A stretch of DNA of 39,647 bases from a virus: positions 1 through 39,647 of IMG/VR virus record IMGVR_UViG_3300011980_000001; one strand, written 5' to 3'. Positions 7,031 through 15,530 of this stretch are shown piece by piece. The notes below the pieces were generated by a model, which searched no databases, was not told the origin of the DNA, and saw only the letters and a list, made by a program, of their open reading frames with translations. A program made the translations under genes and the position numbers. Each line of letters starts with the position of its first letter. Position 1 is the first letter of the stretch.

Positions 7031-7216
7031 CTACTTCAAATTGCCTACGTGTTTTGACGATAACTCAACTGCACGTGCCTCAACCTGCGCATTGTACTTG
7101 TTTGCAAATACAGTGCCAGCGATAAAGCTTATGACTAGGCTCACCAGTACGATGACGCCAATAATCAGCGTGCTTACTTTAATAGTTTTTGGTTGTTTTT
7201 TAGAGTTTTCACTCAT
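7031..7216 (-). CDS. Small single-TM protein (61 aa; the track ORF extends to 7255), holin-like or membrane anchor
   Basis: The ATG at 7216 is preceded by AAGAAAGGGTAG. TM segment VSTLIIGVIVLVSLVISFIAGTV. First gene behind the promoter at 7285..7313. Confidence 0.55.
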   Translation of the reverse strand: MSENSKKQPKTIKVSTLIIGVIVLVSLVISFIAGTVFANKYNAQVEARAVELSSKHVGNLK

Positions 7217-7284
7217 TTTTTCTACCCTTTCTTTTTGGTTGATTTCCGTAATCATTTAGATTGCTCCTTTCTGATTACATAACC

Positions 7285-7313
7285 AGTATAGCACACCGCT
7301 CAAGCATTGTCAA
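7285..7313 (-). promoter_or_regulatory. Sigma70-type promoter (TTGACA - 17 nt - TATACT) sharing the conserved spacer
   Basis: 7288..7313 is identical to 1901..1926. The -35 box lies inside the last codons of the HTH gene. Confidence 0.65.
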
Positions 7314-7518
7314 TATGTTTAGGCTTATTTCGTGCTGCGTTATATTTACGACCTGGGCAAACGCTCTCATACAGTCCAAAACGTATCAACCAATTTCTGG
7401 CAGTGTTATGGCAAACTCCTAGTTCATCAGCGACCAGACGCAATGGCTGACGCACACCATCTCTCCAGTAGGCGGCTATCAGTTTGTTTCTGCTCATACT
7501 AATCTTACGGAATGCCAT
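7300..7518 (-). CDS. Small helix-turn-helix DNA-binding protein (72 aa)
   Basis: The segment RLVADELGVCHNTARNWLIRFGL looks like an HTH. The ATG lies 6 nt after a TGTTATAAT box. Confidence 0.6.
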   Translation of the reverse strand: MAFRKISMSRNKLIAAYWRDGVRQPLRLVADELGVCHNTARNWLIRFGLYESVCPGRKYNAARNKPKHIDNA

Positions 7519-7524
7519 GATATT

Positions 7525-7533
7525 ATTATAACA
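7525..7533 (-). promoter_or_regulatory. Extended -10 promoter (TGtTATAAT) placed to give a leaderless HTH mRNA
   Basis: The reverse complement reads ttTGTTATAATaatatcATG. No -35 box or SD is visible. Confidence 0.4.
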
Positions 7534-7534
7534 A

Positions 7535-7557
7535 AATCACCCCTCGTAGGGGTGATT
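7535..7557 (-). terminator. Intrinsic terminator after the capsid gene
   Basis: Stem aatcacccc / ggggtgatt with a 5-nt loop, followed on the minus strand by ttttgtt. Confidence 0.75.
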
Positions 7558-7578
7558 ATTGTTTGCCTTGTGTCTTAA

Positions 7579-8661
7579 CTAAGCACCAATTTTAGTGATA
7601 CCAGTAATAACACCCTGACGACGTGGTTGGCGACAAATCAAGTTACCAAGAACAATCAATGCACCAATATCACCAAGTTGATTGACTGGGCTCATGAAGT
7701 CGCGGAGCTGCAAGAATGACGGTTGCTTGATGTCATCATACACACCCTCGGTCACCTGGTTTGCCATATCAACACTCTTCAAGTCTGGTGACAACAGGCG
7801 ACGGAACTCAAGATAGTTTTCGTTCAACCAGAACCAACGACCAGCAGTTGCTTTGTCGTCTGCCACAACAGGCTTACCACGGAAGTTTAAGGCGTTAAAG
7901 CCAGCAGCACCCTTTAGCTCTGTTGCTGGAACTGACGTGCCCGCAGGCGTTTTGCCACTCACACGATTGTAGCCGTTGATAGCGGTTGGGTTGTAGCTGA
8001 CGCTAATTTTATCACCCAGAATAGCCTCAAACATCGACCAGATTGCCTTGGTGGTTAATGCGATAGTTGGTGATTCTTGCTCTGAGCCTGCAGCACTCAC
8101 GTTGTCAAACGTTGATGACAAAAGACCAAAGTTGAAGTTACCACCACTTGCGGCAGTCACGTCACCGTTGACGCTTGGCAATTCAGCACGGCTGATACCA
8201 CCATATGAGCTGGTAGCAGTACCGTTGTCGGTAATCAAGCCAAGACCCTCGATGTCCTTGCCAATACCATAGCCGTACAGCAAGTCACCAATAGCGTTTG
8301 CCAATGAGTTTTTACCCTCATCCAGCTTAGTTGCGACCAGCGACAGCACCTGTTTGTCACCAGCGCCGTTGACAGCCTTTTCAATGCCAGGAATAACAAC
8401 GCTTTGCTCATATGCTTTGACGTACCATTGCATTGTCCGTGTGTTATTGGTTGCTGCTGTGTTGAACTCATCCAAACCGTCGAACGAACCACCAGTCGTA
8501 GAATTGGCAATCGTGATAGGCTGGTCCTCTGTCACACCTTTCCAATTCTTTGGGTTGGAGGTCATACGAGCGGTAAAGATATTAGAGTTGTTCACAAAGT
8601 CTACAATCGACGGCATAATGTCGTTGTAGGTGATACTTGTAACTCGTTCTGAAAATACCAT
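7579..8661 (-). CDS. Major capsid protein (HK97-fold type)
   Basis: 360 aa with an AAGGGAG SD and a dedicated terminator. Patterns QWYVKAYEQSVVIPGIEKAVNGAG...LSLVATKLDEGKNSLANAIGDLLYGYG and FRGKPVVADDKATAGRWFWLNENYLEF resemble Phage_capsid-family proteins. Confidence 0.65.
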   Translation of the reverse strand: MVFSERVTSITYNDIMPSIVDFVNNSNIFTARMTSNPKNWKGVTEDQPITIANSTTGGSFDGLDEFNTAATNNTRTMQWYVKAYEQSVVIPGIEKAVNGAGDKQVLSLVATKLDEGKNSLANAIGDLLYGYGIGKDIEGLGLITDNGTATSSYGGISRAELPSVNGDVTAASGGNFNFGLLSSTFDNVSAAGSEQESPTIALTTKAIWSMFEAILGDKISVSYNPTAINGYNRVSGKTPAGTSVPATELKGAAGFNALNFRGKPVVADDKATAGRWFWLNENYLEFRRLLSPDLKSVDMANQVTEGVYDDIKQPSFLQLRDFMSPVNQLGDIGALIVLGNLICRQPRRQGVITGITKIGA

Positions 8662-8753
8662 ATTCTACTCCCTTTATTAGTTTACATTTTTACTATATCA
8701 GATATATTTGCGCAATCCCTCGGCGATTTTCGTTTATTTTACCAATATATAGC

Positions 8754-10514
8754 CTACTCCGCCGCAACTGAATTAAGCATTGACCGTAATGTCTGTAACT
8801 TCCTTTGCGCTTTTGCTTGACTGTCAGTGTTTGTCGGGATAAGCGCCTTAGCCCGTGCCATATCTGATTCAGATAGTGCACCAGATTCACCAAGCGCCTT
8901 TAGTAATGATATACCAACAGATTGTGACTGGTCATTGTACGCTGCAATCTTTGGATTATATGCACCGCCTGTGGCACTATTCAGCAGGTTAGTCAGTGTA
9001 CCACCAGCAACGCCCTGTGCCTCATAATTGCCCAGCATAGAATTAAGTTGTGACATAGCAGTTTCCATATCACCGCCTTTTTTGTTCTTTTTACCAGCAT
9101 TTGTAGCAGCTCGTTTGTCTGCTCGTGTCTCTTTGTTGTCCAGCATGTCAATCATTGTGCCAAGTGCTTTTGCGGCTTTTGCGTTATTATCCATCAGTGC
9201 TGCAACATATGCATTTTCTAACTGGTCACGACTATAGCCGCCAACAGTAAGCTCTTGTTGCGATTGTGTCATCTCTTTCATTGTTTTATTGTTGTTTGGC
9301 GTTTCAGCACTACTTGTCATTGCGTTACCAACGGATTGTACGGGCGGCAGACCATTGTTATTATTGTTGCCGCCACTGCCTAACAGAGATAACGCCCCGA
9401 TACCGCCACCAATCAGTGCGCCCTTTTTGAGCGTATTTTGTGCCTTACCGCTGTCAAAAGCATCAGCTAACTTCAACATTTTTTCACCAGTTTTTTGTGA
9501 CAGTCTCTCGAGAGGTTTGCCAAGAGTGGCGTCAACTACATCGCCAACAACAGGTAAACTTTTTAACTTCGCTGATAAAGCACCACCACCACCAGCATTA
9601 TCAGTCAAGCGGTTGATTTCCTTAATATCTACAAAGTCTTTTAGCTTTGAGCGCATCGCTTGGATAGTTCGTTCATTTGATGGCACATCTGCTATTTCTT
9701 TAGCAAGACGCTTAAAGGCTTCAGCGCCGATATTATCACCACTGCGTACCGCCGATTGCTGTGCGTGCAATAGATTGTCCTTAATAATTTCCCAACCACC
9801 AGCAATATTGCGTGGGTCAACACTATTATCAATACGTGTGTCAATCTCACGTCCCAACTCCTCAAGCGCATTTGCCATATTCTTATTTGGTGTTGCCCCG
9901 CCACGGTAGTCTGCTGCCTTATTCCTAAAAGCTTTTGCAATACCGATAGGGTCAAGGTTGTTAGTGCCAGTAATTCCTAGCTTATCTTGAATAATGCTTT
10001 CTAATTTTGCGTCACTTGCGGTACGTTGAATAGTCTCTCGCAAGTCGTTCAAATCAACATAGTTCTGTGGGTCGCCGACACGTGAAAAGTTTGTACGCAT
10101 ATCATCAATTACGCTACTCACAAGACCCTTGTTTTTACCATCCTTGCTGCCCATCAACTGCTCTGCCAAATCCTCAAGCTTTTTAACATCGCTTGTGCCA
10201 GTTCTCTCATACAGCTTGGTAATAGTTTCTGTAGGGTCACCACCCCTCCCCTTTAACTTGCGTACATCAGCACGAGTAAGATTCATAGGCGCATTCATCC
10301 CTCGTTCACCGCCCTCACGTAGAACATTAGCAATACCTGATGTTTTTTGTGCTGCTGGTAAAATATTATCTAGCACACCGCCGCCATTACTTGCAATACT
10401 AGTAGATATACTATTCGCTACATCATCGCCATAATTAGTAGCAAGGCGTGCCAGTACATCATCACCGTGATTAGCTGCCGCACGTGAAAATAGTTTAGAT
10501 AATCCGCCAAACAT
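8754..10514 (-). CDS. Large virion-associated protein (586 aa), internal/ejection or scaffold-like, function unknown
   Basis: Long co-oriented ORF with G/N-rich low-complexity tracts (GGGIGALSLLGSGGNNNNNG). The N-terminal leader is shared with the ORF at 26565..27731. Confidence 0.6.
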   Translation of the reverse strand: MFGGLSKLFSRAAANHGDDVLARLATNYGDDVANSISTSIASNGGGVLDNILPAAQKTSGIANVLREGGERGMNAPMNLTRADVRKLKGRGGDPTETITKLYERTGTSDVKKLEDLAEQLMGSKDGKNKGLVSSVIDDMRTNFSRVGDPQNYVDLNDLRETIQRTASDAKLESIIQDKLGITGTNNLDPIGIAKAFRNKAADYRGGATPNKNMANALEELGREIDTRIDNSVDPRNIAGGWEIIKDNLLHAQQSAVRSGDNIGAEAFKRLAKEIADVPSNERTIQAMRSKLKDFVDIKEINRLTDNAGGGGALSAKLKSLPVVGDVVDATLGKPLERLSQKTGEKMLKLADAFDSGKAQNTLKKGALIGGGIGALSLLGSGGNNNNNGLPPVQSVGNAMTSSAETPNNNKTMKEMTQSQQELTVGGYSRDQLENAYVAALMDNNAKAAKALGTMIDMLDNKETRADKRAATNAGKKNKKGGDMETAMSQLNSMLGNYEAQGVAGGTLTNLLNSATGGAYNPKIAAYNDQSQSVGISLLKALGESGALSESDMARAKALIPTNTDSQAKAQRKLQTLRSMLNSVAAE

Positions 10515-11437
10515 TAGTAATACCCTCCTTGCTGCATCGCATAATAATCTTCAATTGTCTGTGGTTGTTGCTGTCCACCGCCTAGCAGTCGGCTGCCGCC
10601 ATATAATGCACCGCCGCCTAGTGCTAATTTACCAAAAGTACTTTTTGGCACGAGCGACCGCAAAGCCTCTTGATACAATGCTTTGTCTGGTATCTTGCCC
10701 ATAATACTAGCCATATCGTCAGTACCAACACCAGCCCCAGTCAAGCTGTTCTGCACTAATTTACTGCCACGATTGCGCAACGCTTTGCCGCCATATTTCA
10801 TAGCAGCTGGCATTGCCAATCCAAATGCCGCACCAGTTCCAGCACTGCTCAGTGCGTCACTTAAATTAGTGTCAGCGCCATTTTGGCGTAATGTCTCCAG
10901 ACCGCCGAATGCTGCGCCTGTCGCTGTACTACCTGGAATAGTATAAAGTGCCTTGTTTACTTTGCCCAGCCCACTAGCAACCTTACCCATATTAAGTGCT
11001 TTTGCTGCACCGCCAACAGCAGGTAGTGCGCTAAGCAGTGTCTGACCTGCTGCCCCAATATCGCTCATTACATCCCTGTCCTTATAATTGCCAGTAGCCA
11101 AATCAAGTGCTGCCGTACCTGTTTGCGCAATTGGGTTAAGGATTGAACCAAGCAATCCATCGCCAAAATAGTTATGGCGTTGCTTTTTCATCGTCTCATC
11201 AAACTGCTTTTGCGTGTCGTTGTAGGTGTCGCTATTACGCTGAGCAACTGATTTGATGCTGTCCATAGCATCACCCCATTGATTGTCATCAATAGAGCCC
11301 TTAAACTTGTCACGCATACCACCCATCTTTTGTGACACAAAATCAGCCACAAACTTATCTGTGTACGCTTTGTCTAACGCTTGACGCTGCTCTTTCTCAT
11401 ATGCATCACGCCCTTTACCAAACAACCAATCAAACAT
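10514..11437 (-). CDS. Gly/Ala-rich hydrophobic virion protein (307 aa), internal-protein-like
   Basis: The ATG at 11437 overlaps the upstream TAA (TAATG). Contains G/A-rich hydrophobic stretches and a GGGQQQ tail. Confidence 0.6.
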   Translation of the reverse strand: MFDWLFGKGRDAYEKEQRQALDKAYTDKFVADFVSQKMGGMRDKFKGSIDDNQWGDAMDSIKSVAQRNSDTYNDTQKQFDETMKKQRHNYFGDGLLGSILNPIAQTGTAALDLATGNYKDRDVMSDIGAAGQTLLSALPAVGGAAKALNMGKVASGLGKVNKALYTIPGSTATGAAFGGLETLRQNGADTNLSDALSSAGTGAAFGLAMPAAMKYGGKALRNRGSKLVQNSLTGAGVGTDDMASIMGKIPDKALYQEALRSLVPKSTFGKLALGGGALYGGSRLLGGGQQQPQTIEDYYAMQQGGYY

Positions 11438-12369
11438 TACCAAGCCCAGCCTTTCCCAAATAGTGCTAATGGTCCATATTTCGCAATACTCTTACCGTAA
11501 CCACTAATAAAGTTGTCATTACCTCTGTTAAATTCTGGTAACGCATTACGTCGGCGGTTGTACGCTTCCTGCTCTAAATTGTTCTGTGCAACTATGCGCC
11601 CAATCCGTTCTTGTTTTGCAAGCTCTTTTTGAAATGCTCTGTCTGCATTTTTGCTCTGTTCCTGCCTATCCATGAGATACTTTTGTAAACCAAACTGTGC
11701 ATTGCGGTCAGCAGCAGCACGAGCATTTGCCTGCTGCTCTTTCCATCGCTCAAGTTCCATAGCCTGTTGTCTGAGATTCCAGTCGTCACGTGCACCATAT
11801 TGTGCTGCCAATGCGTCACGGTCTTTCTGATATTCACCATATGCTGCGTTACGCTGACCAAGCAAAGTTGACCATGCATTTTGTAAGGTGTTGATTGCAT
11901 CTTGCTGCCCCTGATATTGCCCAGTTGCGGCGTACTGTGCCTCCTGCAAGGCACGGCTCATCAAGGTGTTGTAATCCTGCGAGGCATTAGCATAATTCTT
12001 GCTGTAATGGTCTGCTGTATCCTGCATAGCTCCCATCTGGTGTTGCAATGCACGCTGTCGCTGAGCTTCAGTTAGTCCAGTGCCGCCAAATTGCTGCCTG
12101 ATTGACGCTGGTAAATTATTGATGGTTGCCCCAATTTTGTCCACTGCATCACGAGCCTCATTGAAAGTACCACGTGCTTTGTTAATTTCGTCAGTATTCA
12201 TATACTGATTGCGAGCACTATTATAGATGTCGCCAAAATTCTGGCGAGTATTAAACTGCTGGTCAAATTTAGTCTTTGCTGCATCAGCTTGCTGTTGGTA
12301 CTGATTGTACGTATTATAGCTTCTATCTCTTGTACCAGCTGCCTCATTAATACGTTGTCCAAAATCCAT
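11437..12369 (-). CDS. Q-rich coiled-coil protein (310 aa), paralogue of 12427..13248
   Basis: AAGGAG SD. Starts MDFGQRI. Shares RQQFGGTGLTEAQRQ with the paralogue's RQVFGGTALTQAQRD. Confidence 0.65.
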   Translation of the reverse strand: MDFGQRINEAAGTRDRSYNTYNQYQQQADAAKTKFDQQFNTRQNFGDIYNSARNQYMNTDEINKARGTFNEARDAVDKIGATINNLPASIRQQFGGTGLTEAQRQRALQHQMGAMQDTADHYSKNYANASQDYNTLMSRALQEAQYAATGQYQGQQDAINTLQNAWSTLLGQRNAAYGEYQKDRDALAAQYGARDDWNLRQQAMELERWKEQQANARAAADRNAQFGLQKYLMDRQEQSKNADRAFQKELAKQERIGRIVAQNNLEQEAYNRRRNALPEFNRGNDNFISGYGKSIAKYGPLALFGKGWAW

Positions 12370-12426
12370 AATATACTCCTTACCATTATTGTATCACCTA
12401 CAGATAATAATAAGTTGCACGTTTTA

Positions 12427-13248
12427 CTAATTACGCCACCCTTTTTCAACAGCAGACCATGATATTTTATTAGACTGGAAGTTACGTATGAGTTGGCTAT
12501 TGTACAACTTGTCATCACGCATACGTTGCTCCATTGCCGCCTCGCTATCCGCTGCCTGTCTTGCCAGAGCAACACGGCTATTGATTTGCTGCATCTTAAA
12601 GTTATGCATCCACTGCTCAAACTCACGCTTACGCTGCAATATTCGCTGTTGCATTTGGTAGTCACGATATGCTTGGTCTGCCCTAAACAGCTCATTCTCC
12701 GCTTGTCTGACGGCATCACTCACCTGTTTTTCGTTAGCGATATTCTGCTGCCATACATTCATCTTTGTGCGTACTTTATCCCAATACGAATCATAATTTT
12801 TGTTGGCAACATTCATAGATGTATTAAACGCATCATCAACCAGTTTGTTGTAATTAGCGAACTTCGCCTGGTAATTAGCGTCATACTGCTTAAATTGTGC
12901 ACTGAGTAGCTTATTTTGCCGCTCCCTGTATGCATCACGCTGTGCTTGAGTTAACGCCGTACCACCAAACACCTGTCGTGTCGATTCACTTAATGTGTCA
13001 ATCTGCGAACGTACTAAATCAACATTTTCACGTGCTTTAGTGTAATCATTTTTGGCATTCTGAATATCTGTGGTATTAGTGAGCTGGTTCTTCTGCTGCT
13101 CATATAGCGTACTAAACTGTGGCGCTGTTGAAAACGCTTGGTCATACTCTGCCTGAGCCCTGTGTGTATCTTCCTGTGCACGTGCGTAACTAGCCCTCGT
13201 TTGGTCACGGTGGCGTGTTGCGTCGGCGATACGTTGCTGAAAATCCAT
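12427..13248 (-). CDS. Q-rich coiled-coil protein (273 aa), paralogue of 11437..12369
   Basis: Starts MDFQQRI and has the same internal FGGT.LT.AQR motif. Confidence 0.65.
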   Translation of the reverse strand: MDFQQRIADATRHRDQTRASYARAQEDTHRAQAEYDQAFSTAPQFSTLYEQQKNQLTNTTDIQNAKNDYTKARENVDLVRSQIDTLSESTRQVFGGTALTQAQRDAYRERQNKLLSAQFKQYDANYQAKFANYNKLVDDAFNTSMNVANKNYDSYWDKVRTKMNVWQQNIANEKQVSDAVRQAENELFRADQAYRDYQMQQRILQRKREFEQWMHNFKMQQINSRVALARQAADSEAAMEQRMRDDKLYNSQLIRNFQSNKISWSAVEKGWRN

Positions 13249-13258
13249 ACTATTACTA

Positions 13259-14626
13259 TTATAGCCTGTACGGTGTATTTAGTACTGTCAAACGTATTCG
13301 TATACCCTGAATCCATACCCAGTCTTTCCATCTTGCCCTGTATCCACCGCTTCCTGCACGCTGTATCCAGTTATAGGGTATTGACGTAAATAATTTAATT
13401 TTACCATCAGGCATTACTCGGTACTTTACTGCTGGTGCTGAAAAATATGATGCGGTTACTGAACCAGCGTTAAATTGCTCTAGCGTGTTATATCTAGATG
13501 ACCCACCTTGTCCTTGCAGAACGCTAACCATATTTGGCATATTTCCGTTAATTATGCTCAAATTATTTAGACCATCAAAGTATTTTGGTAAACTTTTCGA
13601 TACAGGCACCAGATATGTATTGGCATACCCGCCACCGCCGCCAGATGTATATTGGTGCGCCCTGCCCTGATAATTTGCCTGTTCTACTTTATCTGTCTGC
13701 ACCGAAACCACTTTAAGAGTATCGCCAGGAAAGCCAGTATCAATAGTCAATGCCTCACGCTCCATCACGCCAAAACCTTGGTAAAATTGCCAGTTTTCAA
13801 CATAGCCAGGATAGGGCGGCTGTGGCTCTGCATGATACCCGCCTAGTAATATCTCAAATGTCTTGAACTGTGATGTTGGACTGGTAATATCTGCTCCAAA
13901 AAGTCGATATTTGCTATTCATAAACTCTAGCTGAGGCTGATTGTCATCTAATATCTTTACACCGTAATCATCGTGTTGTATAGATATAGATTGTGTTAAG
14001 TTGCGGTCATCATCCATAAAGCCAATTGTGCCACTGCCACCGCTCTGCACTTTGTAAGTTTTACTGACCATATCAAAATAACAGTTGCTTGGTGCAGGTG
14101 TGTCTGAATATTCTATGCTACCTTTTTTGACTGGCATACCGTGGAACACCTCTACACCATTTGCGTCAAATATTATGAATTCAGCATAATTTAATCGGGT
14201 TGGTCGTGTGTCTGCAGAGCCGTTGATGTTAATTGACGCGATATAGATAGGGTGACCGCTACTAGTCAATACTGAATTCGATGTTGTTGTACTACCAGCC
14301 ACCTTAGTAGTTTTGCCAAAATCAATATCATACACAATATCTGCGTCATATGACACCTGGCTCAAATCAACCTTTAACGCTATATCACTTCCCTCATTGA
14401 CATAATCTGCACGAAATCGTGTACTTTGGGGGTCTGTAAACGGTGCTATAAAAAATACATTGAACAATGTGCCGTTTTCACCACGACTGCCAAATAGCGG
14501 TAAAACCTCATTTGTGGTAAATTGCCCTTTCGTGCCTTTAATTTGAGTTACTACTCTGTAACCCTCCTGCGGCACTATCCCTGTATTAATGTATTGTCCT
14601 GCGAACCTTAGCCATTTCATAAACAC
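13259..14626 (-). CDS. Virion structural protein (455 aa), fibre/receptor-binding-like N-terminus
   Basis: WLRFAGQYINTGI resembles the Y-I-D/N-T-G motif seen at the N-termini of many phage fibre proteins. The start is either the GTG at 14626 or the ATG at 14620. Confidence 0.55.
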   Translation of the reverse strand: MFMKWLRFAGQYINTGIVPQEGYRVVTQIKGTKGQFTTNEVLPLFGSRGENGTLFNVFFIAPFTDPQSTRFRADYVNEGSDIALKVDLSQVSYDADIVYDIDFGKTTKVAGSTTTSNSVLTSSGHPIYIASININGSADTRPTRLNYAEFIIFDANGVEVFHGMPVKKGSIEYSDTPAPSNCYFDMVSKTYKVQSGGSGTIGFMDDDRNLTQSISIQHDDYGVKILDDNQPQLEFMNSKYRLFGADITSPTSQFKTFEILLGGYHAEPQPPYPGYVENWQFYQGFGVMEREALTIDTGFPGDTLKVVSVQTDKVEQANYQGRAHQYTSGGGGGYANTYLVPVSKSLPKYFDGLNNLSIINGNMPNMVSVLQGQGGSSRYNTLEQFNAGSVTASYFSAPAVKYRVMPDGKIKLFTSIPYNWIQRAGSGGYRARWKDWVWIQGIRIRLTVLNTPYRL

Positions 14627-14627
14627 C

Positions 14628-15530
14628 TCACATATTTATAGTGTAACTTGTTTTGTCTTTATCTGGCGCAATCATCGGCTGTCTCACTAACACAAGTGAG
14701 CATTTATTTGCAAATATTTGACCATCTAGCAAATAATACCCCGTGCCAGAACCTGATATTGTAAAGCGAAAACCAGCTGGTGCTTGTATAGATACGCCGC
14801 CCTGTCTCCAAGTCCCGTCGTTATTCTGTACAAAACAAAAAGGTGATAATTTATCAATACTAATGCCATTTGGTATGTACAGCTTTACATCTTTTTTATC
14901 ACTGGTCGCAATTTTCACCGCAACCACCATCATTGATTGAATATTTGCGTTTATTCCTAAATCCATTGGGCTGGCAGCGTTTGGATTGCCAGTTAATATA
15001 TGCTTGAACCCATAATCATATTGATTGCCCCAATCAATTGGTAACCCATCATCAAGATAAGGATACTCAACATCGTGGTCAATGTTCACCGCTATCACAA
15101 GTAGCTTTGGTTTCTTGCTACCAATACTGATATAGGAATTATATTCACCTGCACTCTGAAAGATACGTCTATAGTAAATGTATTTTGTGTCCCAACTCAA
15201 ATACTCTCCTATTGTATTGTTGTTATCTAGGTTTATAACCATTGGTACATAATCAAGGGTATGCGTCACTCGTACGTTATGCTTCCAGAACTGTGATGTA
15301 GTGCCGTTAAATTCATTCCAGTGTTCATACGCACCAGTTTCCTGTATTTCCCAATCTGCGCCCTCTTGCAAGAAGTCCACTATAGCAAGTAGTGGAAAAG
15401 ATGAGTTGTACAATAAATTATTATCAGAGGCGTATCGTGCATCATAGCCACGACGTGCAATCTTAATGCCATAATCACGCTTGGTAATCATTGTACTAGG
15501 CAAGCGTTTTGCGTCTGCTGGCGGCTGCAT
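14628..15530 (-). CDS. Virion/tail structural protein (300 aa)
   Basis: 1-nt overlap with the upstream ORF. Late-module context. The motif YGIKIARRGYDARYASDNNLLYNSSFP recalls phage tail proteins, but this is a weak call. Confidence 0.55.
   Translation of the reverse strand: MQPPADAKRLPSTMITKRDYGIKIARRGYDARYASDNNLLYNSSFPLLAIVDFLQEGADWEIQETGAYEHWNEFNGTTSQFWKHNVRVTHTLDYVPMVINLDNNNTIGEYLSWDTKYIYYRRIFQSAGEYNSYISIGSKKPKLLVIAVNIDHDVEYPYLDDGLPIDWGNQYDYGFKHILTGNPNAASPMDLGINANIQSMMVVAVKIATSDKKDVKLYIPNGISIDKLSPFCFVQNNDGTWRQGGVSIQAPAGFRFTISGSGTGYYLLDGQIFANKCSLVLVRQPMIAPDKDKTSYTINM

Noticed and set aside
8686-8716. A dedicated promoter just upstream of the capsid gene (TTGCGC ... TAAAAA / TATAGT).
   Set aside because: The alternative -10 and -35 pairings all have poor spacing or poor hexamers, so it is not supported well enough to call.
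9289-9909. A long plus-strand ORF (206 aa) antisense to the 586-aa gene. Similar antisense ORFs occur at 17255..17749, 25677..26030, 10129..10434 and 12493..12909.
   Set aside because: These are shadow ORFs opposite well-supported minus-strand genes. They have low-complexity S/P/L-rich translations, no RBS and no coupling to neighbours.
12198-12719. A 173-aa ORF spanning the junction of the two Q-rich paralogues.
   Set aside because: It is out of frame with both well-supported genes, has a Cys/Ser-rich improbable translation and no RBS.
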